26,113 nt of DNA from a virus (taxonomy: Duplodnaviria; Caudoviricetes): IMG/VR virus record IMGVR_UViG_3300010366_000060, positions 1 through 26,113 of that record; one strand, written 5' to 3'. This document shows positions 25,377 through 26,113 of the stretch, in pieces. Position 1 is the stretch's first letter, and each line of letters begins with the position of its first letter. Made by a program: the position numbers and the translations under genes. The notes below the pieces were generated by a model, which saw only the letters and a program-made list of their open reading frames with translations, ran no database searches and was not told the DNA's origin.

Positions 25377-26113
25377 ATGCCGAACACCTATCGCGTCACG
25401 CTTAGCGATGGTCGCACCGTGCGCGTCACAACGGACGGTGGCCCGCCGTCCGAAGAGGACGTCTACGCGCAGCTCGGGACGACGAACGCCCCGTCAGCCG
25501 AGTCACCGGAACCGAACCGCGGTACGGACTACAACCTGTTCGGGTTCATTCCGATTCACGTGCCGCCGGAAGCGCCGCCCAGGCGCGACAGCGTCGTCGT
25601 CGGCTGGGGCAACGAAGGCAGTGGCATCTCGCCCGAAGAACTGCTGGGGGCGGGCTATGCAGGGCGTGCGATTACCGGCGCGACGAAGGCGGGAGGCGCG
25701 CTCGCCGGCGTCAAAGAGACACTCGCGCAAGCCTCGCCGATCATCAAGTACGAAGCGGCCCGCTCGATCCTGCGCGCCGCGAAGGTGCCTGATTTCATCG
25801 CCACGCCGCTCGGGATGCTGATTTCCGGCTACAAGCGCGGCGGCGCGACGGCCGCCGAAACGGCAGCTGAGACGCAAGTATCGACGCTAGGCTATCCGCG
25901 ATTGACGAAGACGCCTGCGCCACCGGCACGCCCGCCGTCGGCCGAGGCGGGACCGTACTCTGAGCCTGGGTTTCCGCGCATGACGCGCACGGCTGCGCCG
26001 CCTGCGCCGGCGCCGGCACCTGAGGGCGCACCGTACTCTGATCCTGGCTTCCCGCGCATGACGCGCACGGCTGCGCCGCCTGCGCCGCCGCCGTCGCCTG
26101 AGGGCGCACCGTA
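25377..26113 (+). CDS. Putative large ejection protein, N-terminal part (runs off the window)
   Basis: GGAG SD; MPNTYRVTLSDGRTVRVTTDGGPPSEEDV start, typical of podoviral ejection proteins; frame is open to the window end. Confidence 0.75.
   Translation, partial: MPNTYRVTLSDGRTVRVTTDGGPPSEEDVYAQLGTTNAPSAESPEPNRGTDYNLFGFIPIHVPPEAPPRRDSVVVGWGNEGSGISPEELLGAGYAGRAITGATKAGGALAGVKETLAQASPIIKYEAARSILRAAKVPDFIATPLGMLISGYKRGGATAAETAAETQVSTLGYPRLTKTPAPPARPPSAEAGPYSEPGFPRMTRTAAPPAPAPAPEGAPYSDPGFPRMTRTAAPPAPPPSPEGAP
25953..26113 (+). repeat. 78-bp (26-aa) tandem repeat, in frame
   Basis: Units begin at 25953, 26031 and 26109 (PYS[ED]PGFPRMTRTAAPPAP...EGA); a degenerate copy precedes them. Confidence 0.9.

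Larger units (their letters stand above)
269..26113 (+). mobile_element. Tailed bacteriophage (podovirus-like) structural module; phage or prophage
   Basis: Co-oriented portal-scaffold-capsid-adaptor-nozzle-fibre-ejection synteny with frequent ATGA/TGATG gene overlaps. No integrase, terminase or att site is visible in the window. Confidence 0.93.

Noticed and set aside
269-26113. Stop-codon reassignment explaining the short or split ORFs
   Set aside because: Adjacent ORFs change frame through ATGA/TGATG overlaps and many have their own SD sites; TAA, TAG and TGA all terminate genes.

Overview
High-GC, almost entirely plus-strand, tightly packed virion morphogenesis operon of a tailed dsDNA phage or prophage. 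Podovirus-type architecture is inferred because there is no tape-measure, tube or sheath gene and the head genes are followed by adaptor, nozzle, fibre and ejection-like genes. Gene order: portal with a Zn-ribbon insert; small basic ORF; structured, repeat-rich leader; scaffold; major capsid; free-standing LAGLIDADG endonuclease; head-accessory genes (IPT/TIG, LamG); head-tail adaptor; a nozzle-like gene apparently split around IPT and beta-propeller cassettes; modular tail fibre; chaperone and Ig-like genes; then an ejection/internal-protein module including a lytic-transglycosylase-like protein, truncated at the right edge. The most notable observations are: (1) a short [SA]-I-x-x-L-R-R peptide shared by otherwise unrelated proteins, including the endonuclease, which is a candidate capsid cargo-loading signal; (2) an array of TCGYGTAA repeats separated by hairpins upstream of the scaffold gene; (3) split nozzle and IPT coding; (4) the first ~280 bp look like the 3' end of an unrelated minus-strand gene, suggesting a junction. 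All product calls come from motif and synteny recognition, not database searches.
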